From positions 107,189 to 171,188 of the forward strand of contig CAWCMR010000014.1 in assembly GCA_963796685.1 (NCBI GenBank): DNA of 64,000 nt. The letters are read 5' to 3'. Positions within the stretch are counted from its first letter, which is position 1, and every line of letters starts with the position of its first letter. The translations under genes and the position numbers were made by a program. Source of the stretch: an uncultured delta proteobacterium. GTDB lineage: Bacteria > Myxococcota_A > Polyangia > Fen-1088. Below, one piece after another: positions 40,732 to 51,896 of the stretch. A model generated the notes under the pieces. It searched no databases. It saw nothing but the letters and a program-made list of their open reading frames with translations, and was not told the origin of the DNA.

Positions 40732-40757
40732 TCCTCCTCGGGCCTCCGGCACCAGAG

Positions 40758-41616
40758 TTACTCGTGACCCGCGCCCTGGTGCAGGAGTGCATTCGTCGGG
40801 ATCGCTTGCTTGGTGATGCTGGCGCTGCTCCATTGGAGCGACAAGGCCGGAACGCCACCCGTGCCGCGCGCATAGGACAGGCGGAGCGCGGGGCAGCCGG
40901 CCATGAGATTGATGGAGGCGGAGACTTCGGTGCCGCCGACGTATCCGAAGTCGGCGTCCAGCACGCTCGCATCGTGAATTCGCAGGAACGCTCGGCTGTC
41001 CGCAGTGAGGTAGAATGTGTAGGCCCCGTCGGCTGGTACATCGAGATAGCCGGTGTAGAGCAAACCGATGTTGTCATCGCGAGTGCGCACGGTGAGATCG
41101 ATCCCGGTCGAGCTGCCATGGGTTGCCACGGCTATCGGTGCAAAGTCGGGAACCCAGGGGAATGCACCCTCGAAGGCGCTGTAGTCGAGGCCGGTCACCA
41201 GGTCGGGCGTCACATCGGGCGGGATGAGATCGTTGTCGAACGGGCGAGGGGCATCGGGCATGGCCCTGGTGGACCCCCAGCAGGAGCGAGGCGCGTGAGG
41301 GCGCGCAAACGGGCGCGGAAGAGTAATGCCGCAAGAGTTGGAGTCCCTCGGCCGCCATCGTGTCCAGCTTTGGGGTTGCAAACGCCGGCTTGTTCCGGTT
41401 GACGGCAAAGCCCCGGCCGTTCTGGTAAAGGACGCCTACGTCGCCCCAGCCCATGTCGTCGACAAGAATGAAAAGCACATTGGGCTTCTTGGTGGAACCT
41501 TCCTTGCCCCGCGCCTCGCATCCACTCAGGGCGCCCAAGAGAAGCAAGATCCACAAGGGGAATCGGAATCGTGGCACCAGACGAGCACCTTCAGTCGCCG
41601 GTCGCGCCGCATCCAT
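40758..41616 (-). pseudogene. Sulfatase-PA14 protein with large internal deletion
   Basis: KPNVLFILVDDMGWGD, ATPKLD and the FGly motif CAPSRASLLLG jump at about 41255 into a PA14-like C-terminus (YTGYLDVPADGAYTFYL...LSLQWS). Confidence 0.82.
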
Positions 41617-41665
41617 GACCGCAGCAACGTCTGCGTCGAGGGCACGCCTTCCTGTCATCGGATTC

Positions 41666-42667
41666 TCAGAGAGGGTCGGTACACGACGTCATGTCGGTAT
41701 TGCATTGCGTGTCGGGAAATTTATAGCCCTCGAGCGCGGAGCTGCCTGAGAGAAGTGTGACGGTCGCTGCCAGGATGGCGCCTTTGGGATAGCTCCCGGG
41801 CGTCTGGAACGGGTCGAAGGTGTATTCTCTCTCGATGCCACTCGGGCACGAGGCAGGGAAGGTGAACAAGATGGAACGAGGTTTCTCCGGAATCATCCAC
41901 TGCCCCTGGCCACTGCACTGCCAATAGGGAAAGTTGATAGCCAGGTCATCGCCTGCCAAGAAATCGGCCGTACCTCCGCCTGTCCCAGGGGAAGTGCCAT
42001 GAATGCGAACCCAGGAGAAGTGGTTCGCGTCACCCATCCAACCAACGAGCCAGATGCCGTTCATCTGATCGGCGAATGCCGTCATGCTGTCGACATCCGC
42101 CGGGACGTCGATGGCACTCGAATCCTGGCGGGCATCCGCCGGATCGGCGTCGCGAGCCGCTGCCCCTCCACTCCCGACCACCGCGCCAGTTCCCGAACCA
42201 CCGGTCCCGCCCGAGGCAATGGTCCCGCCGTCCGAACCCGACGTTCCACCCGCGAGGCACGGCGCACACACGCCAGCCCAAGGACCGAGGCACTGACCGC
42301 AACAGAGCGTCCAGCCTGGCGCGCATCCCGCGTCCGGTTTCGCGTCTCCACCCGCGCCGCTGCCGCTCGCGCCGCTGCCGACCACCCCACCGTGCTCGCT
42401 CGTGCCGCCGCTCGCGCTGGTGCCACCCGCTCCGCTGCCGGCCGCGCCGCCGTGCTCGCTCGTGCCGCCGCTCCCGCTGGTGCCACCCACACCGCCGTGC
42501 TCGTTCGTTCCGCCGCTCGCGCTGGTGCCTCCAACGTCCGTGCCGCCGTTTCCTCCCAGACCCCCGTCAGCCTGCCTGGATTTCAATCCCGAACCACCGC
42601 AACCACCAAAGAGTACGACGATGGCTATCGCCGCGCCGAAGAAGCCACAGATCGCCTTGCCTGCCAT
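41666..42667 (-). CDS. Gly-rich hypothetical lipoprotein
   Basis: FGGC lipobox; GGTS repeats; folded C-terminal domain with cysteines. Confidence 0.7.
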   Translation of the reverse strand: MAGKAICGFFGAAIAIVVLFGGCGGSGLKSRQADGGLGGNGGTDVGGTSASGGTNEHGGVGGTSGSGGTSEHGGAAGSGAGGTSASGGTSEHGGVVGSGASGSGAGGDAKPDAGCAPGWTLCCGQCLGPWAGVCAPCLAGGTSGSDGGTIASGGTGGSGTGAVVGSGGAAARDADPADARQDSSAIDVPADVDSMTAFADQMNGIWLVGWMGDANHFSWVRIHGTSPGTGGGTADFLAGDDLAINFPYWQCSGQGQWMIPEKPRSILFTFPASCPSGIEREYTFDPFQTPGSYPKGAILAATVTLLSGSSALEGYKFPDTQCNTDMTSCTDPL

Positions 42668-42729
42668 GGTGAACCTAGCTTACTCGAATCGGCTGTTGAC
42701 GGGTGTGATCTAAATCTCTGGTGTCGACG

Positions 42730-42830
42730 TCACGACGCTCGACGAACACGTTCCCGCCTGATTCGCTCGTTGAGATAGACCTTCATCAGGGACTGGTAGG
42801 GGACGTCCTGCTTGTTTGCCAAGCGTCGCT
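42730..42830 (-). pseudogene. CopG/BrnA-type antitoxin C-terminal remnant
   Basis: RLANKQDVPYQSLMKVYLNERI is an RHH antitoxin motif, here fused to unrelated, less GC-rich decayed sequence. Confidence 0.6.
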
Positions 42831-43383
42831 CGTTGGAAGACCCGTCTCGCTGTTCAAATTGAGCCTCCAGATATTCCTGGAGAGTCTGCTTCCCCATCAA
42901 TTCTGAGAGAGCCTCCCTCAAGCGGTTCAGCTCGCTGATCACGGCAAGTTCCGTCACCAGCTGGATTGCTTGAGCATGGCAGACCTCCATCGCACTTTGG
43001 CACGTCTTCCTGAAATAGTCGTGAGCCGCGGTTGCTGCAGGTTCCCACTGGTCAAACCCGGAATTGAAGAGCACGTATAGGAATACGTCCTTGAATGGCT
43101 ATGCGAAGTGCAAGGCCGTCGTCCTCGGCTCACTTATTCTTCGCCTCACATACCATTTCAAGAACTGCGCGCGCCATGAGGAGTCTTGAACATCGGATGC
43201 CTCGTCCCAGGTGAACCATGCTGGTCCTTCCCGGGCTGGTCTGTCCAACTACCTACTAACCTGCGAAGAATAACATTGACGCATCGGCAGATGGTGGGCT
43301 TTGCCGGCAGGTCCTGTGGGCGAAGCCTCGGCCGCTTCCTTTGGCCGTGAGGCCAGAGGAGCGTCTGCCAGCTTGCTCCTCGG

Positions 43384-45783
<2,400 letters not shown>

Positions 45784-45849
45784 GGTGGTTAGAGCCCAAA
45801 GCTGGCACGGAGATGCGGGCAAAGAAAGGGAATTGGGCCGGCCCCTCGG

Positions 45850-46908
45850 CTAGCGGGCGCCGAACTTGTAGAGGATGGTGTTCTTGTAGGTTTCGCCGGG
45901 GGACAGCGCGACGGTCGGGAAGGCGGGCTGATTGGGCGTGTCGGGGTAGTGCTGGGGCTCGATGCACAAGGCGGCGCGCTTGGTGTAGCGCCAGCCGCGC
46001 TTGCCGGTGATGGAGCCGTCCAGGTGATTGCCCGTGTAAAACTGCGTGCCGGGCTCGGTGGACAGCACCTCCAGGGTGCGGCCCGTGGTCGGTTCGAGCA
46101 CGCGTGCCACCAGCCCCAATTCACCGAGAGGCTTGTCGATGACCCAGTTGTGGTCGTAGCCGCCAGCGAATCGAAGTTGCGGGTCGTCGGCCTCGATGCG
46201 TGTGCCGATGGCGGTGGGCGTGGTGAAATCGAACGGCGTGCCCGCAACCGGACGTGGCTCGCCCGTGGGAATCAGCGAGGCGTCGACGGGGGTGAAGCGC
46301 TTCGCGTTGAGGAACAGCTCGTGCCCCAGGATGTCGCCTTTGCCCGCCAGGTTGAAGTACGAGTGGTGGGTCAGGTTGACGATGGTCTTCTTGTCGGTGG
46401 TGGCCGAAAAGTCCACGCGCAGGGCGCGCTCCGCGGTGAGCGTGTAGTGCGCCGTCACGTCGAGGTTGCCAGGGAAGCCCTCGTCTCCGTCCGGGCTGAG
46501 GTAGCGAAGCTCGAGGGCCGGGCCAAGGTCGGTTTGCACCGGGCGAGCCGTCCACACCACCTTGTCGAAGCCCTTGAGCCCGCCGTGCAGCGAGCTCGTT
46601 CCGTCGTTGGCCGCCAGCCGGTAGGTCCTGCCGTCGAGCGAGAACTTGGCCTTGGCGATGCGATTGCCGTAGCGGCCCACCAGACAGCCGAAGTAGGGGC
46701 TGGCCTTGGCGTAGTCCTGGGGTCGATCGTAGCCGAGCACGACATCTTCCAAGGTGCCGCGCGCATCGGGGACGCGCAGGGACATGACCGTGCCACCGTA
46801 GCTCGCGATCAGGGCCTCCATCCCGTCAGGACCGCGCAGGCGGTAGGTTTCGATCGACTCGTCGCGAGCGACGAGCGTGACAGAGTTTTCTTTGGCTTGA
46901 CGGCTCAT
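45850..46908 (-). CDS. galM: Aldose 1-epimerase (mutarotase)
   Basis: GRYGNRIA, LHGG, EGFPGNL, NLTHHSYFNL, GYDHNW, QFYTGN, CIEPQHYPD. Confidence 0.95.
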   Translation of the reverse strand: MSRQAKENSVTLVARDESIETYRLRGPDGMEALIASYGGTVMSLRVPDARGTLEDVVLGYDRPQDYAKASPYFGCLVGRYGNRIAKAKFSLDGRTYRLAANDGTSSLHGGLKGFDKVVWTARPVQTDLGPALELRYLSPDGDEGFPGNLDVTAHYTLTAERALRVDFSATTDKKTIVNLTHHSYFNLAGKGDILGHELFLNAKRFTPVDASLIPTGEPRPVAGTPFDFTTPTAIGTRIEADDPQLRFAGGYDHNWVIDKPLGELGLVARVLEPTTGRTLEVLSTEPGTQFYTGNHLDGSITGKRGWRYTKRAALCIEPQHYPDTPNQPAFPTVALSPGETYKNTILYKFGAR

Positions 46909-46987
46909 GACATTCAAGTCCTCCACAAGATGGCGGTGTTCTATCACGGCGTCGGCTCGCGGATCGTGTCGAAGCGGAAAGCAAGCA

Positions 46988-47425
46988 TCAGAGCGTCGTC
47001 ACACGCAGGCCAGCGGCTTTCGCCAGTCGCGCCTGGCGCTCGTCGGCGGTGACGAATGCCTTCGGCTGCAAGATGGTCGCCGCGGCAACGTGGAGGATAT
47101 CGAGCGAACGCACGCCAAGGATGGCCGTGTGCCGCCGGCTGATGAGCTCGGCCCGGGTATAGACGTCGGCGAGATCGTAGGCGGGCCCCTCCCAGAGTCC
47201 TGCCGCCGCGTCGGCTTCCACGTGGCCCAGAGCCTCGTCGACGATCCTCAGGGCGAGCTCTTGGCGAAAGACCTTGAGGTGCCACGCCGTGACCAGCTCG
47301 ACCCTGTGCAGGTGGGTCAGCACCGCGGGCGGAGCAAATCGCGCGCGCACGCGAAGGGCCTTGTCGCTATCCGGTTCGGGCAGATACCACTTGGTGATGA
47401 CGCTGGTGTCGAAGTACGCGGTCAC
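46988..47425 (-). CDS. vapC: PIN-domain VapC toxin
   Basis: YFDTSVITKWYLPE, RSLDILHVAAA, FVTADERQ. Confidence 0.88.
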   Translation of the reverse strand: MTAYFDTSVITKWYLPEPDSDKALRVRARFAPPAVLTHLHRVELVTAWHLKVFRQELALRIVDEALGHVEADAAAGLWEGPAYDLADVYTRAELISRRHTAILGVRSLDILHVAAATILQPKAFVTADERQARLAKAAGLRVTTL

Positions 47426-47673
47426 ACCCGCTCTCCGCGCAGCTCACGGACGATCTCGCTGGGCGAGGCCCCGGCGATCGTCTCGCCCGACATCAGCTTC
47501 TTCATCCGGATGGCCGAATCGGGCCAGCGTAGGCGCGTTTTCGGACGGGTGGCGGGGACGATGCGCGCGATCACCTTGCCGCGTTTGGTGACGGCGAATT
47601 CCTGGCCCTTTTGCACTGCGGAAAGCACACTGGCCAAACCGTGTTGAACCTCGCGCACCGTGGCCGTCTTCAT
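47422..47673 (-). CDS. Phd/YefM-family antitoxin
   Basis: MKTATVREVQHGLASVLSAVQKGQEFAVTKRGKVIARIVP; overlaps the vapC start. Confidence 0.88.
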   Translation of the reverse strand: MKTATVREVQHGLASVLSAVQKGQEFAVTKRGKVIARIVPATRPKTRLRWPDSAIRMKKLMSGETIAGASPSEIVRELRGERV

Positions 47674-47692
47674 GTTAGACATTATGTCTAAC
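47674..47692. promoter_or_regulatory. TA operator palindrome
   Basis: Perfect GTTAGACAT-T-ATGTCTAAC abutting the antitoxin ATG. Confidence 0.75.
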
Positions 47693-48374
47693 TAGCCGGG
47701 AGGGTGCAAGTCGTTAGGTCCAGCACCCGCGCGCGCCGGCACATGCGCGCGGACAGATCCACGCCCACGGCGCTCATGCCGAGGGCATTGGCCACGGCCA
47801 GGACCGTGCCCCAGCCGCAGAAGGGATCGACCACGGTGCGGGTCGGTGTTTCCTGAAGCACGAACCGGCACGCCTCCAGGCAGGCGTTCACGCCCATGGC
47901 CTTTCTGCCCGGCACGAAGCCGGCGTCGGGAATGACGTCGGCGCGTGGCCTGCCGCTGGGTGACCGCGGCACGGGCGCGAATCCCAGCAGATGCGAGTAG
48001 GTGGCGCGGCCGGCGCTGAGCGTACCCGCGGGATGTCGGCAGACGATGCGGTGAAAGAGCAGGTGTCCGCCCGCTTTCTCCGCCCCGCGTGCCACCAGGG
48101 CGCCCTTGTCCACCCACAGGCCGGCGTGGCGGATGTCGCTCTGGAAGAAGATGGCCACGCCCTCGGGCGGCACGGCGGCCATGACCGCGGCCGCCGCGTC
48201 CGCGAACCAGCGGCACCAACCGGGAAAATCGAGGCGTGGTATCTCGGATACGTCGGGCAGCGAGGTCACCACGCTGGCGCCGACGAGCCTCCCCTGATCC
48301 CTCAGCCAGGCCACGGCCTCCGCTCGGTGAACCACGCGTTGGGCGTCGGCCGTGGGCAGGGCGGCGGTCTTCAC
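47688..48374 (-). CDS. SAM-dependent methyltransferase-like protein
   Basis: VVTSLPD and VVDPFCGWGTVL...GVDLS, in the motif order of beta-class N4/N6 MTases. Confidence 0.7.
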   Translation of the reverse strand: MKTAALPTADAQRVVHRAEAVAWLRDQGRLVGASVVTSLPDVSEIPRLDFPGWCRWFADAAAAVMAAVPPEGVAIFFQSDIRHAGLWVDKGALVARGAEKAGGHLLFHRIVCRHPAGTLSAGRATYSHLLGFAPVPRSPSGRPRADVIPDAGFVPGRKAMGVNACLEACRFVLQETPTRTVVDPFCGWGTVLAVANALGMSAVGVDLSARMCRRARVLDLTTCTLPAS

Positions 48375-48385
48375 GGGATCCGTGG

Positions 48386-49687
48386 CTAACTCTTGCTCGG
48401 ATCGAGCACGCGGCCCATGAAGATCACGGCGCCGGTCGGTTGATCGCGCAGGAAATAGAGGAAGGGACGGTTGGCGTAGATGTTGAGCCCGGAGGAGGGC
48501 GCGGACCCGGCCTTCATGACCACCGCGGTCGCCGCGGCGGCTTCGGTCCCCTTCTCGGCCACGTCGATGAAGGCCTTGTGGATGACCCTGGAGATGAAGA
48601 GATTGTGCGTGCCATCCATGCCCGAAAAGTCAGCCTGTCCGAAGACGAACGCCGAGGTCATGCCGAGAGCCTGAAGCAGATCCTCGAGACTCTGGCTGGT
48701 CTCCGTCCTGAAGCGCGGCAGGGTCAGAACCACGTGCTGGCTGGTCAAGCCCGCGACGATGGCGCCCAGCTTGGTGGCATCCAGCGACGATTCGAAGGCC
48801 GCCAGCGTGCCGGTGTCGGGGACCACCACCAGCAGCGACAGGCTATCGTCCTGATAGGGCAAAGCCACGGCGGCAAAGCCATCGCCCTGCAAGGCCTGCA
48901 CGTTGTCCAGGCTCCCGCCCATGAATTTCGTCGTGACGGTCGTGCCGTCGAGGAGATTGAAGACGCCGTCGTGCGTGTTCTCGGGATCGAAGGGTTGCAT
49001 CCAAGCGGCGTTGAAGTAGACGGCGTTGGTCAGCACCAAGCGCGTGGCCGAGTCGAGCGAGCCGTCGGGTAGGAGATCCTTGATTCTGTTCTCGGTTTGT
49101 TCGGCGACCCAGTCGTTGATGGTGATGCGGGCAGCATCGTATGCGTTGATGAAATCGAGGAGATTGAGGCCGGCGCCATAATTCATCGCCAGCGTGTCGA
49201 GGTAGTCGCTCTTGAAGGTGTACGTGCGCTCTCCCCAGGCGGCGTTCACGACGTGCAGGCGCATGGGTCCGCCGTCGGCACCCAACTTGCCCTCGCCACG
49301 CGAGGCCAGCGCCAGATCCAGGGCGTCGAAGGCCGGGTGCAGTCGCTCGGGCGGCAGCGTGTAGTGCATGGTCGCCGCCATTTCGCTCGCCGTGCTTCCG
49401 GCCGCGCCGGCATAGACCATGGCCAGCGCGATGGAAATGCTGGCCGGCGAAAAGACCAAGTTGCCGTTGCTGGCGATCAGCTTGTGGTAGGCATCCAGGG
49501 CAAAGGCGGCGTTGTCCGTGGCCAAGGTGACAGTGTCGTCCGCAGAAACCTGGGGGTCCGTCACGCGAAGGGCGGACGACTTCGCGGGCTCGATGGTCTG
49601 TGGACTGCCCCCTTGCGAGCCGCAACCCTGCAGAACCGTGGACAAGAGCGCGAAAGAGGTGAGGCCGGTCGAGAGCAAGCGATTCAT
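48386..49687 (-). CDS. Serpin-family lipoprotein
   Basis: LQGC lipobox; NLVFSPASI, LTNAVYFNAAW, hinge EKGTEAAAATAV, ANRPFLYFLRD...FMGRVLDP. Confidence 0.95.
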   Translation of the reverse strand: MNRLLSTGLTSFALLSTVLQGCGSQGGSPQTIEPAKSSALRVTDPQVSADDTVTLATDNAAFALDAYHKLIASNGNLVFSPASISIALAMVYAGAAGSTASEMAATMHYTLPPERLHPAFDALDLALASRGEGKLGADGGPMRLHVVNAAWGERTYTFKSDYLDTLAMNYGAGLNLLDFINAYDAARITINDWVAEQTENRIKDLLPDGSLDSATRLVLTNAVYFNAAWMQPFDPENTHDGVFNLLDGTTVTTKFMGGSLDNVQALQGDGFAAVALPYQDDSLSLLVVVPDTGTLAAFESSLDATKLGAIVAGLTSQHVVLTLPRFRTETSQSLEDLLQALGMTSAFVFGQADFSGMDGTHNLFISRVIHKAFIDVAEKGTEAAAATAVVMKAGSAPSSGLNIYANRPFLYFLRDQPTGAVIFMGRVLDPSKS

Positions 49688-49822
49688 GGTGGTCCTCCGT
49701 GAAGCATCTGAGTCTCCCAGTAGCAACGTTCGGGCCAATTTCTCGAAGCCGCGCTTGAGCGGGCAATTCCATGAGCTTTTCGCGGATTTTCTCAGAATTC
49801 TGAGGCGCCGCCGCCAGCCTGG

Positions 49823-50906
49823 TCAGGCCATGGTCCCGGGCCAACTCAATCCGAGAAACACCGGCTCGGGACTGAGGTCGACGGCGAAGCGGGCGAGGAC
49901 AACGGCGCGCACATGTAGGGCGAGACGAAGCAGGTCGGCGGTGGTGCCGCCACCGTGATGGACGAGAGCGAGCGCGTGGCGCGAGGAGATCCCGACCGGT
50001 CCCATACGGAAGCCCTTGGGCAGGCCTGCTCGCTCGATCAGCCAGCCCGCCGCCAATTTCACTCGGCCGTCCGCCAAGGCAAAGCGGGGCATGTCCTCGG
50101 GCTCGTGCACGAAGCCGGCCGCGACCGCGCGATGGGCGATCTCGGCGGCGAGCTCGGCCGTGACGACAGGATTGGTGAAGAACGAGCCCGCGCTGCGCCG
50201 ATTGGGATCCGCCTGGTCGAGAACCATGGATTTTCTTCGCCGCAGGGCCAGCACGGCTTCGCGAGCCTCGGCCAAGCTGGGGTTCGAGTTGCCGGAACAT
50301 GCGGAGGCCAGCTCGGCGTAGCGAAGCGCCGGCCGGCCGCCCATCGCCAAGCCCAGCGTTACCGAGAGAATGACGAACCGGTCGGGCTGGCGCTTGAAGA
50401 GGCTTGCCCGGTAGCCGAAACCACAATCTTCGGGCGCGAGCTTCCCGTGCTTCGAGGGACTGACGATCGAGAGCCCGGACGCTTCGGATCGTTTCGGCGA
50501 CCTCTTGCCCGTAGGCGCCGATGTTTTGCACCGGCGCGGCGCCGACGGTGCCAGGGATGCCGGAGAGGCACTCGATCCCGGCCGCGTGGCGAAGGACGGC
50601 CTCCGCCACCATGTCATCCCACGACTCGCCGGCTTGGACCTCCACGCACAATTCGCCGCCCGCCTCGGTCCAGCGCAGCCCGTACGTGTGCATGTGCAGC
50701 ACCAGACCCTGGTAACCCTCATCGGCGACCACCAGGTTCGAGCCACCGCCCAGGATGAAGACGGGCAGGTCCCGTTCCTTTGCCCAGCGCAGGGCATTCG
50801 CCACGTCGGACGCGTCGGTAATCTCGGCGAAGAAGCGCGCGCTCCCGCCCAATCTGAAAGTGGTCAGGGGGGCGAGGGGGGCGAATGGAACGATGGTGAA
50901 GGCCAC
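49823..50906 (-). CDS. murB: UDP-N-acetylmuramate dehydrogenase, frameshift at about 50450
   Basis: ILGGGSNL, GIPGTVGAAPVQNIGAYG, then CGFGYRASLFK, SAGSFFTNP, AGWLIE, HALALV, PEP in a second frame. Confidence 0.9.
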
Positions 50907-50964
50907 GTCAGGCGCAGGTTACACCCTTAGGGCGCAAGCAGTCGGTCGGGATGGCGCAAGTTCC

Positions 50965-51672
50965 TCAACTCTTGCTTTGCGCCAGGAGCCAGTGCAGGAC
51001 CTCCATGTTCTGATAGGCGATGTTCCACATGTTGTGGCCGCCGCCCTCGATCTCGGTGTAGCGAGGCGAGCCGCCCGCGGCGCGCAGCGCGCGCACCATC
51101 TGGCGCGAGCCGCGCACGGGCACGGCCGGGTCGCTGTCGCCATGGAAGACCCACAGCGGTAGAGCGCGAATCGCGGCGGCTTGCGACGGATCGCCGCCGC
51201 CGCACAGGGCGAGCGCGCCGGCGAACATGCCCGGATTGCGTGTCAGGATGTCGAAGACGCCGAAGCCGCCCATGGAAGGCCCGGTGACGAGGAGCCGATT
51301 GGCGTCGATGGGCAGCTCGCTTTGCAGCGATGCCAGCAGGGCCGTCACCGCGGTCATGGGTTTGCTGATGGCGGTCCTGGCCAAGGTATAGGAGCCGTCG
51401 ACCCAGGGTGCCTCCACCCACTGCATCCCCGGCGGGCACTGCGGGTAGACGACGATGGTCCGGTGTCCGGCCTGCGCCTCGGGCGCGATCCAGGCCAGCG
51501 CGTCGTTCTTGAGCTGGGCCTGATTGTCGCTGCCTCGCTCGCCGGCTCCGTGCAGAAAAAGGAGGAGTCCGCACGGATTTTGGGCGCTGCAGCTTGTGGG
51601 CACGAAGAGCCGGTAGGGCAGGGCAAGCCCGCTCGCGGGATGGGTGAAAATGTGGGATTGAAGGTCGGCCAT
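50965..51672 (-). CDS. Alpha/beta hydrolase (esterase/predicted peptidase)
   Basis: LPYRLFVP, FLHGAGERGSDN, PQCP, GPSMGG, WVFHGDSDPAVP, GHNMW. Confidence 0.88.
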   Translation of the reverse strand: MADLQSHIFTHPASGLALPYRLFVPTSCSAQNPCGLLLFLHGAGERGSDNQAQLKNDALAWIAPEAQAGHRTIVVYPQCPPGMQWVEAPWVDGSYTLARTAISKPMTAVTALLASLQSELPIDANRLLVTGPSMGGFGVFDILTRNPGMFAGALALCGGGDPSQAAAIRALPLWVFHGDSDPAVPVRGSRQMVRALRAAGGSPRYTEIEGGGHNMWNIAYQNMEVLHWLLAQSKS

Positions 51673-51896
51673 GTTGTTTCTGGTGCAGCGTCGGCCGCGG
51701 GGTGCCATTGTGATGCAATAACGAGGCTTGGGTCACGCTCTGATTCTCGCTGTCACGGTGCAACGCGGGGGCGAGAATGTGCATCTTACCAGGCGTGGAT
51801 CACTTGACGAATTCCCTGGCACGGGGCTCCATGGATTCCCGTGCCGATCCCGAGACTTCCTGGAACACTTCGCAAGGCGCAGAGCAAAGAACGTCC

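Noticed and set aside
47688-48374. Restriction-modification system
   Set aside because: Lone MTase-like gene with a non-canonical catalytic motif (TSLPD) and no nuclease partner
50440-50460. Programmed ribosomal frameshift in murB
   Set aside because: No slippery sequence is evident and indels are scattered across the window
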